Part shown: one piece after another, positions 1 to 10,561 of the stretch
How the letters are laid out: each line of letters opens with the position of its first letter
Numbering within the stretch: position 1 is the first letter of the stretch
Source of the DNA: Dehalococcoidia bacterium
GTDB taxonomy: Bacteria; Chloroflexota; Dehalococcoidia; Bin125
Length of the DNA: 64,000 nucleotides
Assembly (NCBI GenBank): GCA_963555985.3
Contig: OY820591.1
Span: 768,001 to 832,000, forward strand
Reading direction: 5' to 3'
The notes under the pieces: model-generated
The model's input: the letters and a program-made list of their open reading frames with translations, nothing else
Databases searched by the model: none
What the model was told of the DNA's origin: nothing
Translations under genes and position numbers: made by a program

Positions 1-1647
1 GGCTTTGAGCCGGAAGAGCAGGGAGATGCAATCGAGGTCGCGGATGCGCCCTCGACGCTCGACTTGCTCGGCCCCCAGGAGGAAGCGGAGGAAGATCCGG
101 CGAGTCTGCGCAGCCGGCCGCCGGTCGTGGCCGTGCTCGGCCATGTCGACCACGGCAAGACCTCGCTGCTCGATTACATTCGCCGAGCAAACGTGGCCGA
201 GGGAGAGGCCGGAGGCATCACTCAGCGCGTGGGCGCGTACCAGGCGGCGGTGGACGAGCGCGTCTTGACCTTCATCGATACGCCGGGCCATGAAGCGTTT
301 ACCGAGATGCGCGCTCGCGGCGCCCGGGCCACCGATATTGCCGTCTTGGTCGTGGCCGCGAACGACGGCGTGATGCCGCAGACGCGAGAGGCGATCGATC
401 ACATCCACGCCGCCGGTGTGCCCATGGTGGTCGCGCTGAACAAAATGGACCTCGACAACGTCAACCCCGATCGCGTCAAGGCCGCCCTGGCCGACGCAGA
501 GGTCGTGGTCGAGGAGTATGGCGGCGACGTGCCGCTCACGCCCGTATCCGCGACCCGCGGTGACGGCATGGACGATCTGCTCGAGACGCTGCTGCTGGTC
601 GCGGACATTGAGGACTTTCGCGCGAATCCCGATCGTGCCGCCTCCGGTGTCGTGATCGAGGCGGAGTTGGACCGTCGGCAAGGACCGCGAACGACCTTGC
701 TGGTCCAACACGGAACCCTGCGCCAAGGAGACGCCCTCCTGGTTGGCCAAACCTGGGGCCGGATCAAGGCGATGTCGGACTTCACCGGCAAGCGGATTCA
801 GGAAGCCGGGCCGTCCATGCCCGTAGTCGTGCTGGGCCTACAGGATGTGGCCGATGCAGGCGACGCCTTCCGCGCGGTGGAGAGCGATCGCGAGGCCAAG
901 CGCATCTATGAGCAGGCGCGCCGGGAACGCGAAGCGCGCGAAGCGCAATTGCAGCACTCGGCCTCGCTGGATGCGCTCTTCGGCGAAATCTCGCGTGGCG
1001 ATGTCTCGGCCCTGAACCTGATCGTGAAGACCGACGTCGTCGGGTCGGTCGAAGCCTTGCGCGAATCGCTGGAACAGCTCACCAACGAGGAAGTCACGGT
1101 CAAAGTCATTCACGCCGCCGCGGGCGCAGTCTCCGGCAGCGATGTCAACTTGGCGCTCGCCTCCGAGGGTCTGATCATCGCCTTCAACACCACGATCGAG
1201 CCGGGCGCGCAGCGCTTGGCCGAGCAGGAAGGCGTCGAAATCCGCAGCTATTCCATCATCTACCAGGTGATCGAAGAGGTCGAAGCGGCGATCAGCGGGA
1301 TGCTCGAACCCATTCGGATGCAGGTCGTGGACGGGCATGCCGAAGTCCTGCAAGTCTTCCCGATCCGCGGCTTGGGCAACATCGCCGGCTGTCGCGCGCT
1401 GGATGGCCCCATTCGCAGAGACGCCCAAGTGCATCTCTACCGCAACGGCCAGCAGGTGGCCGAATCGACGATCAGCAGTCTGCGCCGCTTCCAGGACGAT
1501 GTGCAGGAGGTCGACGCGGGTCAGGAGTTTGGCGTCGCGCTCGTCCGCTACGACCAGTTCGAGGCCGGCGATCAGCTCGAGTTCTTCCACATCGAGACCC
1601 AGTCGCGGATCGTCCAGGGCGGCGAAATCCGCAACGTGACGCGCTGA
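1..1647 (+). CDS. infB: Translation initiation factor IF-2 (5' truncated by window edge)
   Basis: [21 protein letters not shown] and NKMD G-domain motifs; frame open from base 1. Confidence 0.98.
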   Translation, partial: GFEPEEQGDAIEVADAPSTLDLLGPQEEAEEDPASLRSRPPVVAVLGHVDHGKTSLLDYIRRANVAEGEAGGITQRVGAYQAAVDERVLTFIDTPGHEAFTEMRARGARATDIAVLVVAANDGVMPQTREAIDHIHAAGVPMVVALNKMDLDNVNPDRVKAALADAEVVVEEYGGDVPLTPVSATRGDGMDDLLETLLLVADIEDFRANPDRAASGVVIEAELDRRQGPRTTLLVQHGTLRQGDALLVGQTWGRIKAMSDFTGKRIQEAGPSMPVVVLGLQDVADAGDAFRAVESDREAKRIYEQARREREAREAQLQHSASLDALFGEISRGDVSALNLIVKTDVVGSVEALRESLEQLTNEEVTVKVIHAAAGAVSGSDVNLALASEGLIIAFNTTIEPGAQRLAEQEGVEIRSYSIIYQVIEEVEAAISGMLEPIRMQVVDGHAEVLQVFPIRGLGNIAGCRALDGPIRRDAQVHLYRNGQQVAESTISSLRRFQDDVQEVDAGQEFGVALVRYDQFEAGDQLEFFHIETQSRIVQGGEIRNVTR

Positions 1648-1650
1648 TCG

Positions 1651-2118
1651 ATGTCACGGCGATCGAGCGACCGCAGCGCTGGACGCAGCTTCGCGCGCCC
1701 GCTCCTTGGCGGCGCCGAGCGCGTCGATCGCATGGCCCGCGTGAATGATCTCCTGCGCGACACGATCGCCGAGGTGGTCGCGGGCGAACTCAAGGACCCG
1801 CGACTCGAAGTCCCGCTGCTGAGCGTGACCGAGGTTCGCGCATCCCGCGATCTCCGCAATGCGCGTGCGTTCGTCTCGGTTCTGACTGATGGCCCGGACG
1901 CGACTGATGATGACGATGATGCCGCCGCCAACGCGATCACGGCCCTGAACAGCGCCGCTCCGTTTGTGCATCGCGTCATTCGCCGCCGCTTACGGATGAA
2001 GCGCGTCCCCTTTGTTGAGTTTGAACTGGACCCCCGAATCGCCGGTTCGGCTGCGCTCCAGGAACGGTTGCGCGAGCTGAACACGAGTCCACCTGCAACG
2101 GAACAGCCGCTGCCATGA
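1651..2118 (+). CDS. rbfA: Ribosome-binding factor A
   Basis: LKDPR, VTEVRASRDLRNARAFVS and LRMKRVP motifs; lies between infB and truB. Confidence 0.93.
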   Translation: MSRRSSDRSAGRSFARPLLGGAERVDRMARVNDLLRDTIAEVVAGELKDPRLEVPLLSVTEVRASRDLRNARAFVSVLTDGPDATDDDDDAAANAITALNSAAPFVHRVIRRRLRMKRVPFVEFELDPRIAGSAALQERLRELNTSPPATEQPLP

Positions 2119-3092
2119 CTGACGCCGCCGCACAATCGGCAGAGACGGAGCGCGCGGAACGCCCCCGTCGCCGGCGCGGATCCCGTCGCCGCCGCGAGTT
2201 CCACCCGGGCGCGGTCTTCCTGGTCGACAAACCCGATGGGCCGACCTCGCACGACGTTGTCAGCAAGCTGCGCCGCTGGACCGGTCTCCGTCGGGTCGGG
2301 CACGGCGGCACCCTCGATCCACTCGCCACCGGACTGCTGCCGGTCTTCGTCGGCGTAGCGACGCGGCTCAATGAGTACCTCACGCCGTACCGGAAGTCAT
2401 ACGAGGCGACTGTGCTCTTGGGAACGAGCACCGACACCGACGACGCCGAGGGCGACGTGATCGCAACCGCGCCGGTTCCCGATCTCTCCGCCGAGCGGAT
2501 CGAGTCCGCACTGGAGGCGTTTCGAGGAGAGATCGCGCAAACGCCCCCGCGCTTCAGCGCCGTCAAGCGCGACGGCGTAGCCGCCCACCGCGCCGCACGC
2601 GCCGGAGAGCCGCTCGAACTAGAGCCGCGCGACGTGACCGTGCATGAGTTGACCCTGACCGCGCTCGCGCTGCCCCGGATCGAACTCTCAATGAGCGTGA
2701 GCACGGGCACCTACGTGCGCGCGATCGCCCGCGATCTGGGTGAGGCGCTGGGAGTCGGCGGGCATGTACTCGCCATGCGCCGGACCGGGATCGGCGAAGT
2801 CCGGGCGGAAGACGGACACACGCTAGACGCCTTGGCCGAGGCTGCGGATGCAGGTGAGATCTGGTCATGCGCGAGTTCACCGGCGGTGCTGTTCGAAGAC
2901 TGGCCGCAGTTTCACCTCGAAGGCGAGCAACTCACGCGCATCCGCCGCGGACAGGCGATCCGCCATCGGCCCATACCCGGCCGCAGCCAGGCGATGGCGC
3001 TCGACCCGGAGGGTCATGTGGTCGCAGTGCTGCGGCACGACCGCCTCGCCGCCGGACGCTGGGAGCCGGAGAAGGTGCTGGCCGGGGCGTAG
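2115..3092 (+). CDS. truB: tRNA pseudouridine(55) synthase
   Basis: DKPDGPTSHD, GHGGTLDPLATG, PPRFSAVK and GTYVRAIARD motifs. Confidence 0.97.
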   Translation: MTDAAAQSAETERAERPRRRRGSRRRREFHPGAVFLVDKPDGPTSHDVVSKLRRWTGLRRVGHGGTLDPLATGLLPVFVGVATRLNEYLTPYRKSYEATVLLGTSTDTDDAEGDVIATAPVPDLSAERIESALEAFRGEIAQTPPRFSAVKRDGVAAHRAARAGEPLELEPRDVTVHELTLTALALPRIELSMSVSTGTYVRAIARDLGEALGVGGHVLAMRRTGIGEVRAEDGHTLDALAEAADAGEIWSCASSPAVLFEDWPQFHLEGEQLTRIRRGQAIRHRPIPGRSQAMALDPEGHVVAVLRHDRLAAGRWEPEKVLAGA

Positions 3093-3097
3093 GCGCA

Positions 3098-3412
3098 TCA
3101 GTTGGGCGCGGACGGCGGCGGTGCCGGAGTTGAGAAGACGAAGGCGAGCGCGTCATCGACGGCTACCAGCGAGTAGGCCTCGCCGTTCTGCAAGAAGACC
3201 CCTTCGCCGGGTGCGAGTTCGGCGTCGTCGTCGCTGACGCCGACCTGTAGTTGCCCGTCAACCACGATCAGCATTGAGGGCGCGTTGGCGATCCGGTTGA
3301 GCAGCGAGCGTCCGGCGGGGAGGCGGATTGCTTCGGCGTTGAGGGTGGTGGACTGTTCGGGGTCGCGCAGGGATTGCGCGAGGGCGCTCGCCTGGATTCG
3401 GAGCAACGGCAT
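3098..3412 (-). CDS. Small cupin-like protein
   Basis: IVVDGQLQV...ELAPGEGVFL beta-barrel pattern; co-oriented with acpP. Confidence 0.55.
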   Translation of the reverse strand: MPLLRIQASALAQSLRDPEQSTTLNAEAIRLPAGRSLLNRIANAPSMLIVVDGQLQVGVSDDDAELAPGEGVFLQNGEAYSLVAVDDALAFVFSTPAPPPSAPN

Positions 3413-3429
3413 TGCAGCGCGGGGTCGGC

Positions 3430-3702
3430 TCAGTCGCCGGCGACGCCGGCGTTGGCGAGGTAGTTGAGCAAGTCCTGGACGGAGCGAATTTCGGCGGCGT
3501 CTTCTTCCGGGATTTCGAGTTGGATTTCGTCGGTGGAGAACTCTTCTTCGACTGCGATGGTGAGGTCGACGATGTCGAGCGAATCGGCTTCGAGGTCGTC
3601 AATCAGGTGGGCGTCGGTGGTGACGTTGTCGAGCGGCTGCCGGAGCTGGTCGGCGACGAGTTGGCGGACGCGAAGTTCAAAGCTGTTGGGTTCGCTGCTC
3701 AT
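3430..3702 (-). CDS. acpP: Acyl carrier protein
   Basis: DLEADSLD phosphopantetheine site; acidic; EIPEEDAAEI. Confidence 0.95.
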   Translation of the reverse strand: MSSEPNSFELRVRQLVADQLRQPLDNVTTDAHLIDDLEADSLDIVDLTIAVEEEFSTDEIQLEIPEEDAAEIRSVQDLLNYLANAGVAGD

Positions 3703-3754
3703 AGGGGCCACTCTCCGATTGGGCCGCGGGCGGACTGATGCGGTCGCTCAGAGA

Positions 3755-5023
3755 TTAGTCATTCACCCGCGTGAGCGCGACTACTCCGTTCTGGCCGCCG
3801 AAGCCAAAGCCGTTTACCAACGCCGCCTCGAACGCGCAGTCGCGCGCCTCGTTGGGAACGTAATCGAGGTCGCATTCGGGATCGGGGAACTCATGGTTGA
3901 TCGTGGGAGGGAGAACGCCGTGATAGAGCGCGAGCGCGGTAGCGGCGGTAGAGATCGCCCCGGCTGCGCCCATCAGGTGACCAGTCATGCTTTTGACGGA
4001 ACTGACGGCGAGTTGATCGGCGTGAGCGCCGAAGACATCGCGGATGGCGCGGGTCTCGACGGCATCGTTGAGGGGTGTGGAGGTGCCGTGGGCGCAGATG
4101 TAGCCGACGGATTCGGGTTCGAGTTGGGCGTTGCGGAGCGCCGTGCGCATGGCGCGGGCGGCGCCGTCGCCGGTCGGATCGGGAGCGGTGATGTGATAGG
4201 CGTCGGCGCTGCGCCCGCCGCCGCGGATTTCGGCGTAGATGCGAGCTTCGCGGGCGCGGGCGGCAGCGAGCGATTCGACGATGCAGATCACCGCCCCCTC
4301 GCCGAAGACGAAGCCATCGCGCTCGCGGTCGAAGGGACGGGAGGCCGCTTCGGGATCGTCGTTGCGGCGCGAGAGCGCCTGCATATTGGCGAGGCCAGAG
4401 ATGCCCAGCGCGGAGACGTTCGACTCCGTGCCGCCGGCGAGGGCCCAGTCGGCTTCGCCGGTGAGGAGCAACTGGCGGGCGTCGATGAAGGCGTAGATGC
4501 TCGCGGCGCAGGCGGCCAGCGAGGTGATCGCGGGTCCGCGCAGCCCCAATTCGATAGAGACCTGGCAGGAGGCCATGTTGCCGGCCATCATCGGCACAAA
4601 GAGGGCTGAGACGCGGCCGGGGCCTTTCTGATTCAGGACTTCGGTTTGCTGGGCGATGGTGGTGACGCCGCCGCCGCCGGTGTTGACGACCGAGGCGACA
4701 CGCTCGGGATCGCTTTCGCTGAGATCGATGCCGGCATCCTCAATGGCGAGCCGGGATGCAGCGACGGCAAGCTGGGAGAAGCGCGCCATCCGCCGCGCCG
4801 CCTTGCTCTCCATGTACTCCGAGGCCTGAAACTCGGGCACATCCGCCGCGATCTGCACCTTCAGTCCCGCCTCTTCCAATTCGGGCACGCGGCGGACGCC
4901 GGAACGCCCCTCGCTCAGCGAGGCCCAGAACTGATCAACGCCGATCCCGATCGGGGTCACCGGCCCGATGCCGGTGATGACCATGCGTTGGTTGGGGTCG
5001 AGGTTGGCGGTGGTGTGAGTCAC
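3755..5023 (-). CDS. fabF: Beta-ketoacyl-ACP synthase II
   Basis: AACAA (Cys), AHGTST, KSMTGH and NGFGFGGQN motifs. Confidence 0.93.
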   Translation of the reverse strand: MTHTTANLDPNQRMVITGIGPVTPIGIGVDQFWASLSEGRSGVRRVPELEEAGLKVQIAADVPEFQASEYMESKAARRMARFSQLAVAASRLAIEDAGIDLSESDPERVASVVNTGGGGVTTIAQQTEVLNQKGPGRVSALFVPMMAGNMASCQVSIELGLRGPAITSLAACAASIYAFIDARQLLLTGEADWALAGGTESNVSALGISGLANMQALSRRNDDPEAASRPFDRERDGFVFGEGAVICIVESLAAARAREARIYAEIRGGGRSADAYHITAPDPTGDGAARAMRTALRNAQLEPESVGYICAHGTSTPLNDAVETRAIRDVFGAHADQLAVSSVKSMTGHLMGAAGAISTAATALALYHGVLPPTINHEFPDPECDLDYVPNEARDCAFEAALVNGFGFGGQNGVVALTRVND

Positions 5024-6267
5024 TCGGAGTAGCGCTTCAAGAGGACAGCGGAGTTGTGTCCGCCGAGGCCGACGGAGAAGGAGAGAGCGGCCTTGGTGTG
5101 GAGTTCACGCGCCTCGTTTGGGATGACATCCAGGTCGAGTTCCGGATCGGGTGTGTGGTGATTGAGGGTCGGGGGGGCGACATTGTCCTTGAGCGTCATT
5201 GCGGCGACGATCACCTCCAGTGCGCCCGACGCGCCCATCATGTGCCCGGTGGCCGGTTTGATCGAGGAGAGCGCCAGATCGTAGGCGTGGGAACCGAACA
5301 TCCGCTTGAGCGCCGTGATCTCTACTTGGTCGCCCAGTTTGGTCGCAGTGCCGTGGGTGGAGACGTAGCCGATCTCGGTTGAGTCGATGCCGGACTCGTC
5401 CAGCGCCTGCCGGACGCTGACCATGAGGCCGCGGCCGTGACTCTCGGGCTGGGCGATGTCGTGGGCGTCGTTGGCGCTGCCGCCGCCGACCACTTCGGCG
5501 TAGATGGGCGCGTTGCGGGCCAGCGCGTGCTCGAGGTCTTCGATCATCATCGCCGCCGCGCCCTCGCCAGGGACGAACCCGTTGCGGTCTAGATCGTAGG
5601 GCTGACAGGAGGCGCTGAGCGGCTCGGCCGGTGTTGCGAGCACGCCCATGCGCTCGAAACAGATATGGAAGAGTGGCAGAATGATCGCCTCCGAGCCGCC
5701 GACGATCAGCGCGTCGGCGCGTCCGGCCTTGATGTGCAACATACCGTCGGCGACGGCGTTTGCCCCGGTTGCGCAGGCGCTGGTGGGAGAGTAGTTGGGC
5801 CCGGTCGCGCCGGTGGCGATCGAGAGATGTCCGCTCGCCGCGTCTGCGATCAGATTGGGCATGGCAAAGGGAGAGACGCGCCGCGCGCCGCGGTCGATGA
5901 GCCGTTGCTGCCAATGCGTGACGAGTTCCATGCCGCCGCCGCCGGAGCCGAAGATGATGCCGACGCGGTGCTGATTGTCGTCGCTGATCTCGAGTTGGCT
6001 ATCGGCGAGCGCTTCCAGTCCGGCGGCCATCCCGTACTGGGTGTTGAGATCCATGTGGCGCAGCGCTTTGGCGTCGGGCAGAAGCGCTTCCGCGTCGAAG
6101 TCGCGCACCTGCGCGGCGAGCGGAACCTTCGCGCCCCATTCGTCGGGATCGAAACGATCGAGCCGCGCGACCCCGCTCTGACCATCCAGCAGCGCCTGCC
6201 AGGTGCTGGGCAGATCGTTGCCGACGGGCGTGACCGCGCCCACGCCGGTGATGACCACCCGTTTCAC
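5020..6267 (-). CDS. fabF: Beta-ketoacyl-ACP synthase II paralog
   Basis: SACATG, THGTAT, KPATGH and GLGGHN motifs. Confidence 0.9.
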   Translation of the reverse strand: MKRVVITGVGAVTPVGNDLPSTWQALLDGQSGVARLDRFDPDEWGAKVPLAAQVRDFDAEALLPDAKALRHMDLNTQYGMAAGLEALADSQLEISDDNQHRVGIIFGSGGGGMELVTHWQQRLIDRGARRVSPFAMPNLIADAASGHLSIATGATGPNYSPTSACATGANAVADGMLHIKAGRADALIVGGSEAIILPLFHICFERMGVLATPAEPLSASCQPYDLDRNGFVPGEGAAAMMIEDLEHALARNAPIYAEVVGGGSANDAHDIAQPESHGRGLMVSVRQALDESGIDSTEIGYVSTHGTATKLGDQVEITALKRMFGSHAYDLALSSIKPATGHMMGASGALEVIVAAMTLKDNVAPPTLNHHTPDPELDLDVIPNEARELHTKAALSFSVGLGGHNSAVLLKRYSE

Positions 6268-6307
6268 GAGCAGCTTCCTTCAGGACTGAGTGACTGAGTT
6301 GAGCGGA

Positions 6308-7342
6308 TCACTTGGGGATGCCGTCGCTCTTGTCGGGATAGTTGCGTTGGCGCAGACCGTGGTCCTCGTCGGAGAGTGGGAACGTCCAGGAGGTGCGCGA
6401 AATCCGCCGCACGAGTTTGGAGAGCACATCGCCCGGCCCCGCCTCAACGAAGAGGGTCGCGCCCTGGGACGCCATCGTCTTGACCGCCTGCTGCCACTGC
6501 ACCGGCGAGCAGAGCGCCTGCGAGAGTTCGTCCGCCAGTTGCTCTTTGGTCAGCATCAGACCGCCGGAGATGTTGCTGACGACCGGCACGACCGGATCGC
6601 GCCAGTTGACCGCCTGGACGGCGTGCTGGAACTGGGTCTGGGCGTCGGCCATGAGGGGGGAGTGGGAGGCGATCGAGATCGGCAGTCTCACGACGCGCCG
6701 CGCCCCATGCTCGTCGGCCAGGCGCATGAGCTTGCGCAGCGGGGCTTCGTCGCCGGAGACGACGGTTTGTCCGGGGCAGTTGTCGTTGGCGACGACGATG
6801 GTGCCCTCATCGCCTGCTTCGCCAACAAGTTTGCGCAGCGCGCGATCGCGCAGGCCGATGATCGAAGCCATCCCGCCGGGGCGGATCGAATCGGCGTCGC
6901 GCATCAGCTCGGCGCGCCGCTTGACCAGGCGGAGGGCGTCGTCGAAGTCGACCGCTCGGGCGGCGAGCATCGCGGTGATCTGGCCCATGCTGTGTCCCGA
7001 GACGACATTGGGTGCGAGCACGCGCCCGGAGGCGGCCCACTTCTCGCGCAGCGCTTCGAGCCAGGCGACGCTGGCGACGAAGATGGCGGGCTGGGAGTGG
7101 GTGGTGTCGTTGAGTTGCTCGGAGGGTCCGTGCTCGATCAGGTGCAGCAGGTCGTAGCCGAGCACCTCATTGGCGCGCTGGAACCAGTGCTCCGCACCGG
7201 GGTAGACGGCGAGCACCTTGCTGGCCATGCCGACTGATTGCGAACCCTGGCCAGGGAAGAGGAGCGCGTACTCCTCATCTGCACTGGCAGGGTCGGTGAA
7301 TGGATCTGTGGTCTCGTCCGTCACCGGACTCTGGCTGGTCAT
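6308..7342 (-). CDS. fabD: Malonyl-CoA:ACP transacylase
   Basis: FPGQGSQ, GHSMG, ASHSPLM and EAGPG; GAAGGAG RBS upstream of ATG 7342. Confidence 0.95.
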   Translation of the reverse strand: MTSQSPVTDETTDPFTDPASADEEYALLFPGQGSQSVGMASKVLAVYPGAEHWFQRANEVLGYDLLHLIEHGPSEQLNDTTHSQPAIFVASVAWLEALREKWAASGRVLAPNVVSGHSMGQITAMLAARAVDFDDALRLVKRRAELMRDADSIRPGGMASIIGLRDRALRKLVGEAGDEGTIVVANDNCPGQTVVSGDEAPLRKLMRLADEHGARRVVRLPISIASHSPLMADAQTQFQHAVQAVNWRDPVVPVVSNISGGLMLTKEQLADELSQALCSPVQWQQAVKTMASQGATLFVEAGPGDVLSKLVRRISRTSWTFPLSDEDHGLRQRNYPDKSDGIPK

Positions 7343-7612
7343 GTCGGCTCCTTCGGCGGCCTGACCGTGCGCGGACGGCATTGCACCGAGCGCGCGGTAC
7401 CTAATTCTAACCGTGTCTGTGCGTATCGTGGGTGACGTTGGGTTCAGGCCCCGCCGTAGCCGAGCAGGTGGAGGCGGTCCGCCTGCTTGGAGGCGGATTT
7501 GGGGGGCACGGCGGAGAATGCCCGGTAGAGCTCGCGTTGCCGATCGGTCGGAAAAAAACGGCGGTCTTGGTGGAGGAGGCGAAAGAGCTCCTCCGTCCGC
7601 CCGGCTGGGGTA

Positions 7613-7948
7613 TTACAAAGGGTCTGCATCCTCTTCGCCGCCTTCCTCTTCGTCATCCTCCGAGGGAAGCTCGCCGCCGCGCTGGAGGATGCGCACTTTC
7701 TGGATGTTGGTGAGCTTCTTCTTCTTGGGTTTGCCGTTCGTCTCCGGTTCGCCGAGGATCGGCTCGGCCAGGCGCTTGGCCAGGTCCTTGGTCTGGTCGT
7801 AGAGGCCGAGGATGCGGGCGAGCGCGTTGGTCGCCTGGTGCTGGATGTAGGGGGGTCCGTTGTTGGCCTGGTGCTGGAGCTTGGCGACGACGGCCTTGGG
7901 CGAGAAGGGGAGGGGCGGGTTGTAGATGGCGCTGGGGCAGGCGGTCAT
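7613..7948 (-). CDS. Hypothetical protein (111 aa) with acidic tail; weak terminase-small-subunit-like motif
   Basis: C-terminal part of ORF 7613..8776; AAGGA RBS upstream; NALARILGLYD motif. Confidence 0.5.
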   Translation of the reverse strand: MTACPSAIYNPPLPFSPKAVVAKLQHQANNGPPYIQHQATNALARILGLYDQTKDLAKRLAEPILGEPETNGKPKKKKLTNIQKVRILQRGGELPSEDDEEEGGEEDADPL

Positions 7949-8073
7949 GGGGTGTCCTTTCTTGGAGGTTCTCGGACTGATGATCTTATATGGATGAATG
8001 TTCGATTGGCAAGTTGGGGGTGTGTTGTGGTTGTCGGAAGGCGCATGTGGGTTCTGTTGGGTTGCGGCGTTTT

Positions 8074-8217
8074 CACCCCCTCTGTCACTTCGTGACATCT
8101 CCCCCTCAAGGGGGAGAGGGGGGAAGGGGAGAGGAGAGTTGTTGGGCGGCGTTTGTGCTGGTTGGGGGCGTTTCACCCCCTCTGCCCCTTCGGGGCATCT
8201 CCCCCTCAAGGGGGAGA
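8074..8217. repeat. Two tandem copies (8074-8117, 8174-8217) of double-hairpin REP-like family A
   Basis: CACCCCCTCTG-hairpin-TCTCCCCCTCAAGGGGGAGA repeated at exactly 100 bp spacing. Confidence 0.85.
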
Positions 8218-8346
8218 TTTTGGGGGAGGTGGGGTTTGGGGGTTGGTAGTCGTCATGGCGAGTGATCCCCGCCTTCGCGGGGACAGGCTCCGCGACGGAG
8301 CGCGGGTATGACGGAGCTTGTTGTGGAGGGATGGCGCGCGGGTCTG

Positions 8347-9099
8347 TTAGGCGGTGACCATGCCGCCGTCGACGTGGATGGTTTGGGCGGTGATGTAGCG
8401 TCCTCCGGGGCCGGCGAGGAAGGCGACTAGGGGGGCTACGTCTTCGGGGTCTCCGAGGCGTTCGAGGGGGATGCGTTCGAGCACGGCTGCGACTTGTTCT
8501 TCGCTGAGGTCGGCGGTGATGTCGGTTTGGATGAAGCCTGGTGCGACGAGGTTGACGGTGATGTTGCGGCTGCCGAGTTCTTTGGCGAGCGAGCGGGTGA
8601 GTCCGCCGAGGCCGGCCTTGGCGGCGGCGTAGTTGATCTGTCCGGGGTTGCCGATCGAGCCGATCACGGAGCCGATCGTGATGATGCGTCCCTGGCGGGC
8701 GCGGATCATGCCGCGCAGGAAGGCCTGGGTGACGAGGAAGGCGCCGGTGAGGTTGGTATCGAGGACGGCGCCCCACTCGGCCGCTTTCATGCGCATGGCG
8801 AGGGTGTCGCGGGTGATGCCGGCGTTGTTGACGAGGATCGTGGGCGCTCCGAGTTCGCTCAGGATCGCCTTGCGCATGTCGTCGACCTGGTCGGCGTCGC
8901 TGACATCGGCGCGGACGGGGAGGGCGTTGCGTCCGAGTTGTTGGATTTCGGCGGCGACTTCGAGGGCGGCGTCTTCGGAGGAGACGTAGTTGACAGCCAC
9001 ATCCGCGCCCCGCTGCGCCAGTTCGAGCGCAATCGCGCGCCCAATCCCGCGCGACCCGCCCGTGACCAAGGCAATCTGTCCGCTGAGTTCGTCGCTCAC
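8347..9099 (-). CDS. fabG: 3-oxoacyl-ACP reductase
   Basis: TGGSRGIG, NNAGITRD, GQINYAAAK and PGFIQTD motifs. Confidence 0.95.
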   Translation of the reverse strand: MSDELSGQIALVTGGSRGIGRAIALELAQRGADVAVNYVSSEDAALEVAAEIQQLGRNALPVRADVSDADQVDDMRKAILSELGAPTILVNNAGITRDTLAMRMKAAEWGAVLDTNLTGAFLVTQAFLRGMIRARQGRIITIGSVIGSIGNPGQINYAAAKAGLGGLTRSLAKELGSRNITVNLVAPGFIQTDITADLSEEQVAAVLERIPLERLGDPEDVAPLVAFLAGPGGRYITAQTIHVDGGMVTA

Positions 9100-9259
9100 G
9101 CTGATTCCGTCCCGGGTCGGCTCGGGCTGGAGCTCAACACTCCCGCACGACCGCGCCTGCATCCCATTTCATATGTCTGTAACATACCCGCAGACGGCAC
9201 GGGCGACACTGATCCGACCGGATGCGGGCCGCAGTCGCTGCGGAACTGAGGGGGCGACG

Positions 9260-10561
9260 ATGGATAGTGGCAATACGGCCTGGTTGCTGACGTCGTCGGC
9301 GTTGGTGCTGTTGATGACGCCCGGGCTCGCGTTCTTCTACAGCGGGCTGGTGCGGACCAAGAGCGCGGCGGCGACGATCATGCAGTCGTTCATCATGATC
9401 GGCGTGGCCTCGATCGTCTGGGTAATGTGGGGCTACTCGCTCGCGTTCGGCGACGGCGCGCTGTCCGGTTTCGTGGGCGACTTGCAGCACTTCGGTCTGC
9501 GCGAGGTGGATGATCTCGCGTTCATGGTGTTCCAGCTGATGTTCGCGATTATCACGCCGGCGCTGATCACGGGCGCGTTCGTGGAGCGGATTTCGTTCAA
9601 GGCGCTGCTGGTCTTCACGGTCGCCTGGATCACCTTCGTCTACGCGCCGATCTGCCACTGGGTCTGGTCGGCGGACGGCTGGTTGCTGGATCTGGGCGCG
9701 GCGGACTTCGCGGGCGGCACGGTCGTGCACATCAACGCCGGCGCTGCGGCGCTGGCGGGGGCGCTGTTCGTGGGACGGCGGCGGGACAGCGTGGCGGAGA
9801 CGAGTCCGCACGATGTCTCGAAGGTGGTCTTGGGCGCGGGGCTGCTCTGGTTCGGCTGGTTCGGATTCAACGCGGGTTCGGCGCTGGCTGCCGACGGCCT
9901 CGCCGTCAACGCTTTCGTGCAAACGCAGATTTCGGCTGCGGCCGGAGCGGTCGCGTGGGCGGTGCTGAGTTGGCGCTACACCGGGCAACCCTCGATTGTG
10001 GGCGCGGCCACCGGCGCGGTGGCCGGGCTGGTCGCGATCACGCCGGCGGCGGGGTTCGTTGGTCTCTGGCCGGCGACGGACGGTTATCTGAATGCGATGC
10101 CGGCGATCATGATTGGGGCGGTGGCGAGCGTGGGCGGTTTCTACGCGGTGCGAGCGCTGCATAGCTGGCGCGACATGGACGACACGCTGGATGTGTTCGC
10201 GGTGCACGGCATCGGCGGGATCTGGGGCGCGTTTGCGACAGGGCTGTTCGCCGTGGCCGCGATTAATGGCGTCTCCGGCGCGATCGAGGGCGGCTGGGAT
10301 CTGGTCTGGAAGCAGATCGTGGGGATTTTGGTGGCGCTGGCCTGGTCGCTGGTGCTGTCCTCGGTGATCTTGTGGGTGATCGGGCGCTTCATGCCGCTGC
10401 GTGTTGACGCGGACGCAGAGTTGCTCGGACTTGACCGTGCGGAGCACAACGAACCGGCCTACCGCTTCGATGAGATCGGCTTCGGCTGGGCGGCGAGCGA
10501 ACAGACCGAGGACGATGATCTCGTCACCGGCTTCCGCGCGTTGAGGAGGCTGCTGCCATGA
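9260..10561 (+). CDS. amtB: Ammonium transporter
   Basis: MTPGLAFFY, DFAGGTVVH, WFGWFGFNAGS and DDTLDVFAVHG motifs. Confidence 0.97.
   Translation: MDSGNTAWLLTSSALVLLMTPGLAFFYSGLVRTKSAAATIMQSFIMIGVASIVWVMWGYSLAFGDGALSGFVGDLQHFGLREVDDLAFMVFQLMFAIITPALITGAFVERISFKALLVFTVAWITFVYAPICHWVWSADGWLLDLGAADFAGGTVVHINAGAAALAGALFVGRRRDSVAETSPHDVSKVVLGAGLLWFGWFGFNAGSALAADGLAVNAFVQTQISAAAGAVAWAVLSWRYTGQPSIVGAATGAVAGLVAITPAAGFVGLWPATDGYLNAMPAIMIGAVASVGGFYAVRALHSWRDMDDTLDVFAVHGIGGIWGAFATGLFAVAAINGVSGAIEGGWDLVWKQIVGILVALAWSLVLSSVILWVIGRFMPLRVDADAELLGLDRAEHNEPAYRFDEIGFGWAASEQTEDDDLVTGFRALRRLLP

Noticed and set aside
3755-6267. Type II PKS ketosynthase / chain-length-factor pair
   Set aside because: Both genes keep the catalytic Cys and His residues, and no aromatase or polyketide cyclase genes are adjacent.
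7444-7656. rpmF (L32) upstream of fabD
   Set aside because: The translation lacks L32 motifs.
9165-9200. Nitrogen-regulator box upstream of amtB (TGTAACA region)
   Set aside because: Does not fit GlnR, TnrA or NtcA consensus spacing well enough to call.
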